Below, one piece after another: positions 1-8,828 of a DNA stretch of 42,142 nucleotides. The first letter of the stretch is position 1, and each line of letters starts with the position of its first letter. Below the pieces are notes generated by a model. That model ran no database searches, was not told the origin of the DNA, and saw nothing but the letters and a program-made list of their open reading frames with translations. The translations under genes and the position numbers were made by a program. Origin of the DNA: Candidatus Limnocylindrales bacterium (GTDB taxonomy: Bacteria > Eisenbacteria > RBG-16-71-46 > SZUA-252); the NCBI GenBank assembly GCA_035300625.1, contig DATGVG010000056.1:1-42142 (forward strand), in the 5' to 3' direction.

Positions 1-2
1 AG

Positions 3-305
3 GTGCTCTGCACCCACACGGGGCTCCACTGGCAGCGGCCGCTGCCGGGCGGTGCGCGCCTGGTGAACGTGGGCGCGGTCGGGCGGCCCGCCAACGATGG
101 CCGGCCCGAGGTCTGGTACGCCTACTTCGCGGCGGCCTCGGAGGAGGCGGAGTTCGTGCCGGTGCGCTACGACCATGAGTCCTTGGCGCGGGAGATGGAA
201 GCGGAGGGGCTCCCGCCCGAATTCGCCGAGACGATCCGGACCGGCTGGTGGACGACCTGCCTCGAGATTCTGCCCGCGAAGGAGCGGGCCCGGGGAATTC
301 ACTGA
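3..305 (+). CDS. Metallophosphoesterase family protein, C-terminal fragment (5' end lies outside the window)
   Basis: The ORF runs in from the window edge. The pattern ...LVNVGAVGRP..DGRPEVWYAYF...VPVRYDHESLAREM resembles the C-terminal part of YfcE/MPP-type phosphoesterases (INPGSVG...Y..l......rV.YD). Confidence 0.6.
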   Translation: MLCTHTGLHWQRPLPGGARLVNVGAVGRPANDGRPEVWYAYFAAASEEAEFVPVRYDHESLAREMEAEGLPPEFAETIRTGWWTTCLEILPAKERARGIH

Positions 306-1600
306 GCGTCGTCCGCGAGTACATCGATCAGGTCCGGGGCGCCGGGCGGCGCGCGCGCCTCTATCTCGCGGGACTCTTCCTCGTCGGGCTGGGGCAGTCG
401 ATCTTCTCCCTGCTCCTGAACCTCTATCTCCGCAGGCTCGGGTTCACCGACTCGGGGATCGGCCAGATCCTCTCGAAGCTCTCCCTGGGCGCGGCGGTGG
501 CGGCCATCCCCGTGGCGTTCGTCTTCCGCGGGGCCGGGGCGCGCTCCGTCCTGGTCCTGGCGGCGGGGCTCCTCTCCCTCGTCTACATGCTCCAGACGAC
601 GATCACCCTTCCCGAATTGCTCCTCCTGGTCTCCCTGCTCTCCGGAATGGTGGCGACCGTGTTCCGGCTGTCGATCGCGCCGGTGGCCATGCGGGAGGGG
701 ACGGCCACGTCGCGGCCGTTTCTCTTCAGCGCCGCGTTCACGGTGTCGTTCCTCTCCGCCATCGTGGGCTCGACCCTGGGCGGGTGGCTGCCGCACCTCT
801 TCCGGCTCTTCACTGTGAACGACCTGCTCGCGCTTCGCCGGTCCCTCTACGTCGCCGCCGGCTGCACGCTGCTCGCGGTCATTCCATTCAACGCGCTCCG
901 CGCGGGAGAGCCTCCACGAGAGCGCGGCCCCCGCGAGTCCATCGGGGCCCAGATCGAGCGCGGATTCGCGCTCGCGTGGGGATACATCCGCGAGGTGGGG
1001 GAGCTGGATTGGATCCTGAATCTGAAATTGGTGCTGCCCTCGCTCATGATCGGCCTGGGGGCCGGGCTGATCATTCCGTTCCTGAACCTCTACTTCCGCG
1101 ACCGGTTCGCCCTGAGCGAGGCGAACATCGGAATTCTGTTCGGCGTCATGCAGGCTTTCATGGTGGTCGGCAATCTCTTCGGCCCCGCCGTCTCGCGGCG
1201 CCTGGGGCTGGTGGCGGGGGTCGTCGTCACCCAGCTCGCGTCCGTCCCGTTCATGGTCCTCCTGGCGCTGTCCCATTCCTTCCCGATCGTGGCCGCCGCG
1301 TTCTGCCTTCGGAGCGGGCTCATGAACATGAACCAGCCGCTGACCTCCCACTTCGCGATGGAGGTGGTGCCGGAACGCGACCACGCCATGACGAACAGCC
1401 TTTTGTCGCTCTCGTGGTTCCTCGCGTGGAGCGTGAGCGCCGATATTGGAGGGGCCATGATCGAGCGGATGGGCTACACACAGCCCCTCCTGATCGCGGC
1501 CGGTCTCTACGTAGGTGCTTCGGTGCTTTATTGGTACTTCTTCCGGGACGTAGAAGAAGGGCGAGTACCCCGCGGCGAGGTCGAGATACCCGACGCCTAA
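248..1600 (+). CDS. MFS transporter
   Basis: 450-aa ORF made of many hydrophobic helices, with MFS-like loop motifs (LYLRRLGFTDSGIG; GPAVSRRLG). The ATG at 248 overlaps the upstream gene, so the true start could lie further downstream. Confidence 0.8.
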   Translation: MDDLPRDSAREGAGPGNSLSVVREYIDQVRGAGRRARLYLAGLFLVGLGQSIFSLLLNLYLRRLGFTDSGIGQILSKLSLGAAVAAIPVAFVFRGAGARSVLVLAAGLLSLVYMLQTTITLPELLLLVSLLSGMVATVFRLSIAPVAMREGTATSRPFLFSAAFTVSFLSAIVGSTLGGWLPHLFRLFTVNDLLALRRSLYVAAGCTLLAVIPFNALRAGEPPRERGPRESIGAQIERGFALAWGYIREVGELDWILNLKLVLPSLMIGLGAGLIIPFLNLYFRDRFALSEANIGILFGVMQAFMVVGNLFGPAVSRRLGLVAGVVVTQLASVPFMVLLALSHSFPIVAAAFCLRSGLMNMNQPLTSHFAMEVVPERDHAMTNSLLSLSWFLAWSVSADIGGAMIERMGYTQPLLIAAGLYVGASVLYWYFFRDVEEGRVPRGEVEIPDA

Positions 1601-1779
1601 ATCACTTCTGCGCTGCAAGTTAACCCCTGCCAACTTCTGTTTTTTGACCACCTCAAGTTCCAGAAGGGCTTTGCCGATTCATGGACGGTCGGGAGGTGGG
1701 TGCCCGGGCAAGGACGCCGGCCAAAAGGGGCGCCATGGGTGGAAAACAGTAGTCCGTCTACAACAGAAGGGGGACGCAG

Positions 1780-2376
1780 ATGAAGCGTATTCACGTGGTT
1801 CTGGTTCTTGCGATTGCGGTGGTCGGCCTGACACTCGCGCCGATGGCGAATGCGGCCCGGGTGCCCAGCATGGGCACGCTGGAGCTGAACGCGGGTTACG
1901 CGAAGTCCTCCAACGACGTGACGGGTGGGAACGAGAAGATGGGTGGCGGACTCACGTTTGGTGCGGGCTACTGGCGAAACGCCTCGCCGCAGGTTTCCTG
2001 GGGCGCGGAGCTGGGCTTCGACAACCTTGGCAATGCGAAGTATGACAATGGCACCACGACGGACAACGAGATCTCGAGCAAGGCGTTCCGCGTGAACCCT
2101 GCGGTTCGGTTCAAGTTCGGTGCGCCGGTGGGTCCCTCGTTCTATGCTCAGGGCGGTGCTGGTCTGTATCGCGTTTCGTCGGACGTGAAGGACAGCGTCA
2201 TCGGCAACGCGAGCGCCAGCGAGTCCAAGTTCGGTTTCAACGTCGGCGCGGGAATGAGCTTCCCGGTCGGCCCGAAGTCGCGTGCGAACCTCACGGGTCT
2301 CTACCACTCGATTTCCACCTCGGGTACGAGCCTGAACTACCTCCAGTTCCGCGCGGGCATCGGCTTCAGCCTGTAA
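1780..2376 (+). CDS. Small outer-membrane beta-barrel protein (OmpW/OmpA-beta-barrel-like), paralog 1
   Basis: Signal peptide MKRIHVVLVLAIAVVGLTLAPMANA, alternating beta-strand pattern, and an aromatic C-terminal strand motif (YLQFRAGIGFSL). Shine-Dalgarno (SD) GAAGGGGGA lies upstream of the ATG. Confidence 0.75.
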   Translation: MKRIHVVLVLAIAVVGLTLAPMANAARVPSMGTLELNAGYAKSSNDVTGGNEKMGGGLTFGAGYWRNASPQVSWGAELGFDNLGNAKYDNGTTTDNEISSKAFRVNPAVRFKFGAPVGPSFYAQGGAGLYRVSSDVKDSVIGNASASESKFGFNVGAGMSFPVGPKSRANLTGLYHSISTSGTSLNYLQFRAGIGFSL

Positions 2377-2396
2377 CCGGTCAGGAGTCTTGCGAC

Positions 2397-2422
2397 GGGG
2401 CGGCGCCTCACGGCGTCGCCCC
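2397..2422 (+). terminator. GC-rich hairpin downstream of OMP paralog 1
   Basis: GGGGCGGCGCC-TCAC-GGCGTCGCCCC gives an 11-bp stem with one G-U pair, followed by GATTCGTTT. A near-identical element follows paralog 2. Confidence 0.55.
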
Positions 2423-2479
2423 GATTCGTTTGGGGCGGCAGGGTCACGATGCGGTCATCAAACCGAGGGGGGTAGCAAC

Positions 2480-3064
2480 ATGAAGCGGATCTATCTGGCA
2501 GTGGTCTTCGGAGCCGTGGCGGCGATGGCGTTCGCGCCGGTCGCCGGCGCCTCCCAGCCCAGCACGCTCGAGGTCAACGGCGGCTACGCGAAGTCTTCGG
2601 ACGACGCGACGGGCAACGGGGACAAGTTGAGCGGAGGGCTTTCCTTCGGCGGCGCGTATTGGCGCAGCGCCTCCCCGACCGTCTCGTGGGGCGCCGAGCT
2701 CTCGTACGACAGCATGGGCAATATCAAGTATGACAACGGCATCACCACCAACAACGAAGCCTCCGCGCACATCCTCCGGATCAACCCGGCGCTCCGGTTC
2801 AACTTCGGCAGGGGCGTGGGTCCGAACTTCTATGCGCAGGTGGGCGCGGGCTTCTACAACGTGACCGCGAAGCTGGACGACAGCTTCTTCGGAAACCTCC
2901 AGAACACCGACGCCAAGTTCGGGTTCAACGGCGGCGCCGGCATCACGATGCCGGTCGGGGAGAAGGCGCGCTTGAACTTCAACGGGCTCTACCACAACGT
3001 GACGATGAATCCCAACAACCTGAACTATCTCCAGTTCCGGGTGGGCGTCGGCCTCGGCATCTAG
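2480..3064 (+). CDS. Small outer-membrane beta-barrel protein, paralog 2
   Basis: The internal ATG at 2480 gives signal peptide MKRIYLAVVFGAVAAMAFAPVAGA. The protein is colinear with paralog 1 (GGYAKSSDD...SWGAEL...NPALRFNFG...FYAQ.GAG...KFGFN.GAG...LNYLQFR.G.G), roughly half or more identical by eye. Confidence 0.75.
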   Translation: MKRIYLAVVFGAVAAMAFAPVAGASQPSTLEVNGGYAKSSDDATGNGDKLSGGLSFGGAYWRSASPTVSWGAELSYDSMGNIKYDNGITTNNEASAHILRINPALRFNFGRGVGPNFYAQVGAGFYNVTAKLDDSFFGNLQNTDAKFGFNGGAGITMPVGEKARLNFNGLYHNVTMNPNNLNYLQFRVGVGLGI

Positions 3065-3087
3065 GCGGAAATTCCAGGAAGAAGAAC

Positions 3088-3114
3088 GGGGCGGCGCCTC
3101 CTCGGCGTCGCCTC
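3088..3114 (+). terminator. GC-rich hairpin downstream of OMP paralog 2 (a copy of the 2397-2422 element)
   Basis: GGGGCGGCGCC-TCCTC-GGCGTCGCCTC followed by GATTCGTTTCG. This block and its flank (3085-3123) match 2394-2432 almost base for base. Confidence 0.55.
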
Positions 3115-3162
3115 GATTCGTTTCGATCCCCGCCCTATCCCCACCGCGGGGCGGTGGCCCCC

Positions 3163-3681
3163 TCACCGCATCGCGGCGGCTCCGGGGAGCCACTCTCCGA
3201 CCTGGTAGTCGGACGCGGAATCCAAACGCGCTTTACCTCGGTCGTATTCCACTTCCATCGTCCGCACCTTGTCCGTGGTGCGCTCCTGGACCAGCACCTT
3301 CCGCCGGCCGTCCTTGTCGGGCGAAAGCACCGCCGCCTCCGTGAAGCCGTTCGGGACCAGCGCGCCGTAGAGGAGCGTGCGCTCCCCGTTGGCCGGCTCC
3401 ACGTAAACGGCCCAGCGGTTCGCGTTCCCCCAGAGGGGACCGGTCGGTCCCATGGCGACGTCGGCCGCGATCACCAGCCGCTCCAGTTTCCCGTCGCCGT
3501 CGAGATCGGCCGAAACCTCGCGCCGGTAGCCCCACCCGCCCACTTCCGCCGCGTGGACGCGCGCGGTGTCGACGGGAGCGGCGGCCGCGGGATTGTCGCC
3601 GCTCCACCCGCCCCGCTGGCACGCCGCGAGGGCGAGCAGGAAGAGCGGGGCGAGAAGCGCGCCATGGCGGCGGGTCGTCAC
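3163..3681 (-). CDS. Hypothetical lipoprotein
   Basis: GTG start; signal peptide with lipobox LLALAAC. It contains one DLDGDGKLE (FG-GAP/calcium-loop-like) motif. I recognised no family. Confidence 0.6.
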   Translation of the reverse strand: MTTRRHGALLAPLFLLALAACQRGGWSGDNPAAAAPVDTARVHAAEVGGWGYRREVSADLDGDGKLERLVIAADVAMGPTGPLWGNANRWAVYVEPANGERTLLYGALVPNGFTEAAVLSPDKDGRRKVLVQERTTDKVRTMEVEYDRGKARLDSASDYQVGEWLPGAAAMR

Positions 3682-3684
3682 GCC

Positions 3685-5079
3685 TCAGGCTCCGCCGGGG
3701 TGGGTCATGCCCTGGGGCGAGAAGACCTTCGCGATCTGCTCCTCGGTGAGGAGCTTGCGCTCGCGCACGATCTCCACCACCGTCTTACCGGTCCTCGCCG
3801 CTTCCTTGGCGACCTCGGCCGCGGCCAGGTAGCCGATCGTGGGATTCAGCGCGGTCGCCACCGAGATCGAGTGGTCGAAGTAGCGGCGGAGGACCTCCTC
3901 GTTGGCCGTGATCCCGTCCACGCACTTCTCGCGGAGCACGCGGAGCGTGGGGGCGAAGATCTGGAGGGCGCGGAGCAGATTGTGCGCGATCACCGGCATC
4001 ATCACGTTCAGCTCGAGCTGGCCCGCCTGGGCGGCATAGGCGATCGTCGCGTCATAGCCCAGCACCTGGTAGCAGACCATGTTCGTCATCTCCAGTATGA
4101 CCGGGTTCACCTTGCCGGGCATGATCGAAGAGCCGGGCTGCACGGCTGGGAGCCCGATTTCGTTGAATCCCGTCGTGGGGCCGCTTGCCAGAAGGCGGAG
4201 GTCGTTCGCGATCCGGGTCAGATCGAGTGAGAAGCCGCGGAGGTCGTTCGAGAGCCGGACGAAGGGCGCCATGGATTGCATGGCCTCGAAGAGGTTCGGA
4301 GCCGGCGTGAACGGCGCCTTCATCATCGCGGCCAGATGCGCCACCGCGCGCTCGCGATACCTGGGGTGCGCGTTGATCCCCGTGCCCGCGGCGTTTCCCC
4401 CCAGGCCCAGCGCCAGAAGACCCGCGCGGCTTCGCGTGAGCGACTCGACCCACCCCTCGACGGATACCTGATAGCCCGAGAATTCCTGGCCCAGCGTGAT
4501 CGGCACGGCGTCCTGGAGGTGCGTGCGGCCCGACTTGAGAACGTGATCGAATTCGCGCGCCTTGGCCGCGAAGGAGCGGCCGAGGGCGGCGGCCTCGTCG
4601 ATCACGGGCCCCGCGAGGGCGTACGACGCGAGCCGCATGGCCGTGGGGATGACGTCGTTGGTCGACTGGGCCATGTTCACGTCGTCGTTGGGGCTCACGA
4701 GCTTCAAGTCGCCGCGCTTTCCGCCCAATAGCTCGGCCGCGCGGTTCGCGATCACCTCGTTCACGTTCATGTGGAACGACGTGCCCGCCCCCGCTTGGTA
4801 GGCGTCGACGACGAACTGGGCGTCATGCTTGCCGGCCACGATCTCCTCGGCCGCGCGGACGATCGCGTCGGCCTTCTTCGCCTCCAACGCGCCCAGCTCG
4901 GCGTTCGCCTTGGCGGCGGCGATCTTGATGTGGGCCACGGCCCGCACCATCTCGGGGTGGAGGCGCTCGCCGCTGATGGGGAAGTTGGCGACCGCGCGCG
5001 CGGTCTGAACGCCGTAGTAGGCGGCGGCGGGCACTTCGAGAGACCCAAGCGAATCCTTCTCGGTCCGCGTCTCAGACAT
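3685..5079 (-). CDS. aspA: Aspartate ammonia-lyase (class II fumarase/aspartase family)
   Basis: Start chosen at internal Met MSETRTEKDSLG. Family signature GSSIMPGKVNP is present. The motifs YQAGAGTS and MAQSTNDV resemble AspA (YQGGAGTS) more than FumC (WQTGSGTQ). Confidence 0.75.
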   Translation of the reverse strand: MSETRTEKDSLGSLEVPAAAYYGVQTARAVANFPISGERLHPEMVRAVAHIKIAAAKANAELGALEAKKADAIVRAAEEIVAGKHDAQFVVDAYQAGAGTSFHMNVNEVIANRAAELLGGKRGDLKLVSPNDDVNMAQSTNDVIPTAMRLASYALAGPVIDEAAALGRSFAAKAREFDHVLKSGRTHLQDAVPITLGQEFSGYQVSVEGWVESLTRSRAGLLALGLGGNAAGTGINAHPRYRERAVAHLAAMMKAPFTPAPNLFEAMQSMAPFVRLSNDLRGFSLDLTRIANDLRLLASGPTTGFNEIGLPAVQPGSSIMPGKVNPVILEMTNMVCYQVLGYDATIAYAAQAGQLELNVMMPVIAHNLLRALQIFAPTLRVLREKCVDGITANEEVLRRYFDHSISVATALNPTIGYLAAAEVAKEAARTGKTVVEIVRERKLLTEEQIAKVFSPQGMTHPGGA

Positions 5080-5797
5080 GGGCGAAGTCGGCGGAGGCGA
5101 GCTGGACGGGGCGCCCCCACACCTCGCTGAACGACGCCGCCAGCCGCGCCGAGACATCGGCGCGCGATGGCGCCGCACCCAGGAGCGAAGCCAGGGAGCC
5201 CACGCCCAGGTGGCGGATGCCGCACGGGTGGATCAGATCGAAGTGGCGAAGGTTCGGATCCACGTTCAGCGCGAAGCCGTGGAACGCGACCCAGCGGCGC
5301 ACGGCGACCCCGATGGCGGCCACCTTGTGGGAGCCCACCCACACGCCGGTGTAGGGCGGGCGCCGCTCGGCGGCGAGGCCGAACGTGGCGATGGCGCGGA
5401 TCAGCCCCTCCTCCAGATCGCGAAGGTAGCGGTGGAGATCGCGGCCCGAGGGGAGCGCGTCCAGGGCGACGATCGGGTAGCCCACGATCTGCCCCGGGCC
5501 GTGATAGGTCACGTCGCCGCCGCGCTCCACGTCCACCACCTCGATCCCGAGCCGCGCGTAGTCGCCGGCGGGGAGGCGAAGGTTGGCTTCGCCGCCCGAG
5601 CGGCCCACGGTGAGCACCGGGTCGTGCTCGACCAGGTAGAGCACGTCGGGGGCGAGTCCCTGGGCGCGCGCCGCGACGGCGCGGCGCTGGAACGCGAGGG
5701 CCGCGCGGTACGGGACGCGACCCAGGTCGTAGGCGGGAATCGGGGGTACTGCGGCTTCGTCGGCGGGCGCGGGGGCTACCGGGATCGGCAGGGTCAT
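5072..5797 (-). CDS. lipB: Lipoyl(octanoyl) transferase
   Basis: LVEHDPVLTVGR...ERGGDVTYHGPGQIVGYPI...HKVAAIGVAVRRWVAFHGFALNV...IHPCG are classic LipB motifs. The gene overlaps the aspA start by 8 nt. Confidence 0.85.
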   Translation of the reverse strand: MTLPIPVAPAPADEAAVPPIPAYDLGRVPYRAALAFQRRAVAARAQGLAPDVLYLVEHDPVLTVGRSGGEANLRLPAGDYARLGIEVVDVERGGDVTYHGPGQIVGYPIVALDALPSGRDLHRYLRDLEEGLIRAIATFGLAAERRPPYTGVWVGSHKVAAIGVAVRRWVAFHGFALNVDPNLRHFDLIHPCGIRHLGVGSLASLLGAAPSRADVSARLAASFSEVWGRPVQLASADFAHV

Positions 5798-5801
5798 CCC
5801 G

Positions 5802-7271
5802 TCAGATCGCGTCGAGGAGCCAGTTCTCCGGATCCTCGAGCAGCTCCTTCACGCGGTGGAGGAACTGGACCGCGGGGGTGCCGTCCACCAGCCGGTGATC
5901 GAACGAGAGCGCGAGGGTCATCATCCAGCGCACCACGATGCGGTGGTCCCGCACGACGGCGCGCTCCTCGATGAGGTGGACGCCCAGGATCCCGACCTCG
6001 GGGACGTTGATGATCGGCGCCGACGCCGTGGCCCCGAACATACCCGCGTTCGTGATCGTGAAGGTCCCGCCCTGGATGTCCTCCAGCTTCAGCTTCTCTC
6101 CCCTGGCGCGGGTGCCCAGATCCTCGATCTCCTGCGCCATCTGGAGCAGCGTCTTCCGATCGGCGTCGTGCAGCACCGGGACGATAAGCCCCTGGTCGCG
6201 GTGCACGGCGATGCCGATGTTGTAGTACTTCTTGTAATGCACCTCGGTGTCGGTCATCGAGGCGTTCAGGATCGGGTGCTCGCGCAGCCCGCGCACCACC
6301 GCCTTCACGATGAAGGGCATGTAGGTGAGCTTGATCCCGTAGTCGCGCAGCACCTTCTCCTTCATCCGGCCGCGCATCTCGACCAGCGAGGTCATGTCCA
6401 CCTCGTCGAAGACGGTACAGTGCGCGGCGGTGTGCTTGGACTTGGTCATCTGCTGCGCGATCATCTTCCGCACCTGGGAGAGCGGCTCGACCGTCTCCTC
6501 GCGAGCGCCGGGCGCCGCGTAGGAGGGCACCGGGACCTGCTTCACCGGCGCGCGGGCCGCCGCGGGCGCGGGGGCTGGACTGGGCCCGCCCGGCGTACCC
6601 GCGGGCATGCGCGGCGGGGCTGCGGCCGGGGCGCGTCCCGGAGCCGAGCCCGCGACCTTCCGCGCCTCGAGATGGGTGACGACGTCCTCGCGTGTCACGC
6701 GTCCTCCCATCCCCGAGCCGCGGATCTGCGAAACGTCGACGCCGTTCTCCTTGACCAGCTTCCGGACGGCGGGGGAAAGCCGCTGGCCGTCCTCGGACGG
6801 TTCCCCTCCGTGAGGGAGCGGGGTCGGGGGAGCGCTCATGGTGGTCGCGCCGCCTCCTCCGGCCATGGGAGCCGACGGCGTCATGCGCGATCCCGCGGCC
6901 ACGGCGCCGAGCGGCGCGTCGCCCTGGGGCACCTCGCTGCGCGGCGGCACGGGCGTGGAGGGCGCGGCCTTGGCGGAGCCCTGGGGAGCAGCGCCCGCCG
7001 GGGCGCCCGAGCCGTTTTTGGGCATCGACTCGCCCGCGCCCAGGATCACGCCCAACTTCTCGCCGACCTGCGCCACCACGCCTTCCGCGGCCGTGATCTC
7101 GCCCAGGGTCCCGGCCGAGGGGGCGGGGAGCTCGATGTTGATCTTGTCGGTGATGATCTCGACGATCGGCTCGTCCTTGGCGATCGGCTCGCCGACCTTC
7201 TTCAGCCACTTGCCGATCGTCCCCTCGACGACGCTCTCGCCCAGCTGCGGCACTACGATGGTGACGGGCAT
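5802..7271 (-). CDS. 2-oxoacid dehydrogenase E2 (dihydrolipoamide acyltransferase)
   Basis: N-terminal lipoyl domain (EIITDKINIELPAPSAGTL), Ala/Pro linkers, a peripheral subunit-binding domain (SPAVRKLVKENGVD), and a catalytic domain with LSFDHRLVDG. SD GGAGGA lies before the ATG. Confidence 0.9.
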   Translation of the reverse strand: MPVTIVVPQLGESVVEGTIGKWLKKVGEPIAKDEPIVEIITDKINIELPAPSAGTLGEITAAEGVVAQVGEKLGVILGAGESMPKNGSGAPAGAAPQGSAKAAPSTPVPPRSEVPQGDAPLGAVAAGSRMTPSAPMAGGGGATTMSAPPTPLPHGGEPSEDGQRLSPAVRKLVKENGVDVSQIRGSGMGGRVTREDVVTHLEARKVAGSAPGRAPAAAPPRMPAGTPGGPSPAPAPAAARAPVKQVPVPSYAAPGAREETVEPLSQVRKMIAQQMTKSKHTAAHCTVFDEVDMTSLVEMRGRMKEKVLRDYGIKLTYMPFIVKAVVRGLREHPILNASMTDTEVHYKKYYNIGIAVHRDQGLIVPVLHDADRKTLLQMAQEIEDLGTRARGEKLKLEDIQGGTFTITNAGMFGATASAPIINVPEVGILGVHLIEERAVVRDHRIVVRWMMTLALSFDHRLVDGTPAVQFLHRVKELLEDPENWLLDAI

Positions 7272-7304
7272 CCGATCCTCCGAGCGCGGCCCGAAGCCGC
7301 CGAG

Positions 7305-8333
7305 TTAATAGGCAACCGTCTCGCGGATCGCCTGGGCGATCCGGTTGGCGTCGGGCAGATAGTTATCGGCCAGCACGGGTGCGAACGGCTCCTGGGGCGC
7401 GTCCGGCGGCGAGACGCGGCGGACCGGAGCGTCGAGGTCGCTGAATCCCTCCTCGGCGATCATGGCCGCGATCTCGGCCCCCACGCCCATTGTCCGCGAC
7501 GATTCGTAGACGCATAGGGCGCGCGAGGTCTTGTGCACCGACTCTAGAATTGTCTCCTTGTCGTACGGGGCCAGCGTGCGGAGGTCGATCACCTCGACCT
7601 CGATTCCCTCGGCCGCCAGCTTCTCCGCCGCTTCCAGCGAGCGGTGGAGCATCAGTGCGTAGGAGATCACGGTGGCATGGCGCCCTTGCCGGACCACGTT
7701 CGCCTTGCCCAGCGGCACGGTGTAGTCGTGGGTCGGGACGGGGCCCTTGGCCGTGCGATAGAGGCGTTTGTGCTCGTAATAGAGCACCGGGTTCTGGCCG
7801 CGGAACGCGGACTTCAAGAGGCCCTTCGCGTCGTACGGCGTCGACGGCGCGACGACGACGAGGCCGGGGGAGTGCATGAACCACGAGGCGTTGAACTGCG
7901 AGTGGTAGATGCCGCCGCCCACCGCGCCGCCGCAGCAGCAGCGGATCACCATGGGGCAAGTCCACATGCCGCCCGAGCGGTAGCGCATCTTGGCGGCGTG
8001 TTCCACGATCCCGTCCACCGCGAGCGAGATGAAGTCGTCGAACTGGATCTCGGGCGACGGGATCAGCCCCGCCAGCGCGGCGCCCACGGCGCCCTGCACC
8101 AGGAAGTTCTCCGAGATGGGGCTGTCGATCACGCGCATGGGGCCGAACTTCTCGTAGAGCCCCTTCGTCGCCTTGAAGACGCCCCCATAGCTCGCGATGT
8201 CTTCCCCGATCAAAAAGATCCGCGGGTCCCGCTCCATCTCCTCATGGAGCGCCTGCGTGATCGCCTCGATCATGTTGATCGTCTTCACGTCGGCCGGAGC
8301 GGCCGCCGGTGGTTGCGTCTCGAACGTCTTCAT
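7305..8333 (-). CDS. 2-oxoacid dehydrogenase E1 component, beta subunit
   Basis: Start at internal Met MKTFETQ (ATGA overlap with the upstream thioesterase stop). Transketolase-like motifs are present: IGEDIASYGGVFKATKGL, IDSPISENF, VIDLRTLAPYD. Confidence 0.9.
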   Translation of the reverse strand: MKTFETQPPAAAPADVKTINMIEAITQALHEEMERDPRIFLIGEDIASYGGVFKATKGLYEKFGPMRVIDSPISENFLVQGAVGAALAGLIPSPEIQFDDFISLAVDGIVEHAAKMRYRSGGMWTCPMVIRCCCGGAVGGGIYHSQFNASWFMHSPGLVVVAPSTPYDAKGLLKSAFRGQNPVLYYEHKRLYRTAKGPVPTHDYTVPLGKANVVRQGRHATVISYALMLHRSLEAAEKLAAEGIEVEVIDLRTLAPYDKETILESVHKTSRALCVYESSRTMGVGAEIAAMIAEEGFSDLDAPVRRVSPPDAPQEPFAPVLADNYLPDANRIAQAIRETVAY

Positions 8334-8791
8334 TGATGAATGCTCTCCCTTGTCGGCGGCGTGCCTTGCCGGGCTTTCAGGCGCGCGGCGCGGCGACCCT
8401 CGGCCTCGCGCCATTCGCGGCGGTCTTCATCGGTCTCCAAGAGCAGCGGCGGCACCGTGGCCGGCCGGCCCTGCTTGTCGATGGCGACGAACGTCAGGTA
8501 CGCCGTCGACGTCTGCCGCCGCTCCCCGGTCAACAGGTCCTCCGCCTGGACGTCCACGCGGATCTCCATCGAGGTGCGGCCGGTGAACGTCATGCGCGCG
8601 GCGATCAGGGCCAGCTGGCCGATCTTGATCGGCGCGAGAAACGACATCTGGTCCAGCGACACGGTCACCGTCTCGGTCCGGCAGTGCCGGTGCGCGACGA
8701 TGGCCGCGGCAAGATCGATCCAGTGCAGCACGCGCCCGCCCAGCACGTTGCCCTGCGTGTTCGCGTCGTTCGGCAGGACCAGCTCCACCAT
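8330..8791 (-). CDS. Acyl-CoA thioesterase (hotdog fold, YciA/Acot-like)
   Basis: LPNDANTQGNVLGGRVLHWIDLAAAIVA...VTVSLDQMSFLAPIKIGQ...RTSMEI is the typical 4HBT/BFIT-type thioesterase pattern. Confidence 0.75.
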   Translation of the reverse strand: MVELVLPNDANTQGNVLGGRVLHWIDLAAAIVAHRHCRTETVTVSLDQMSFLAPIKIGQLALIAARMTFTGRTSMEIRVDVQAEDLLTGERRQTSTAYLTFVAIDKQGRPATVPPLLLETDEDRREWREAEGRRAARLKARQGTPPTRESIHQ

Positions 8792-8828
8792 CTCGACCTG
8801 CGACGAGCGGGGGGAGCGACCCTCCCGA

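Noticed and set aside
1601-1779. T-tract (CTGTTTTTTG, about 1639-1648) after the MFS gene as an intrinsic terminator, and TTGACC as a promoter for the OMP genes
   Set aside because: I could not find a convincing stem immediately upstream of the T-tract (5 bp at best), nor an acceptable -10 element at the right spacing from TTGACC.
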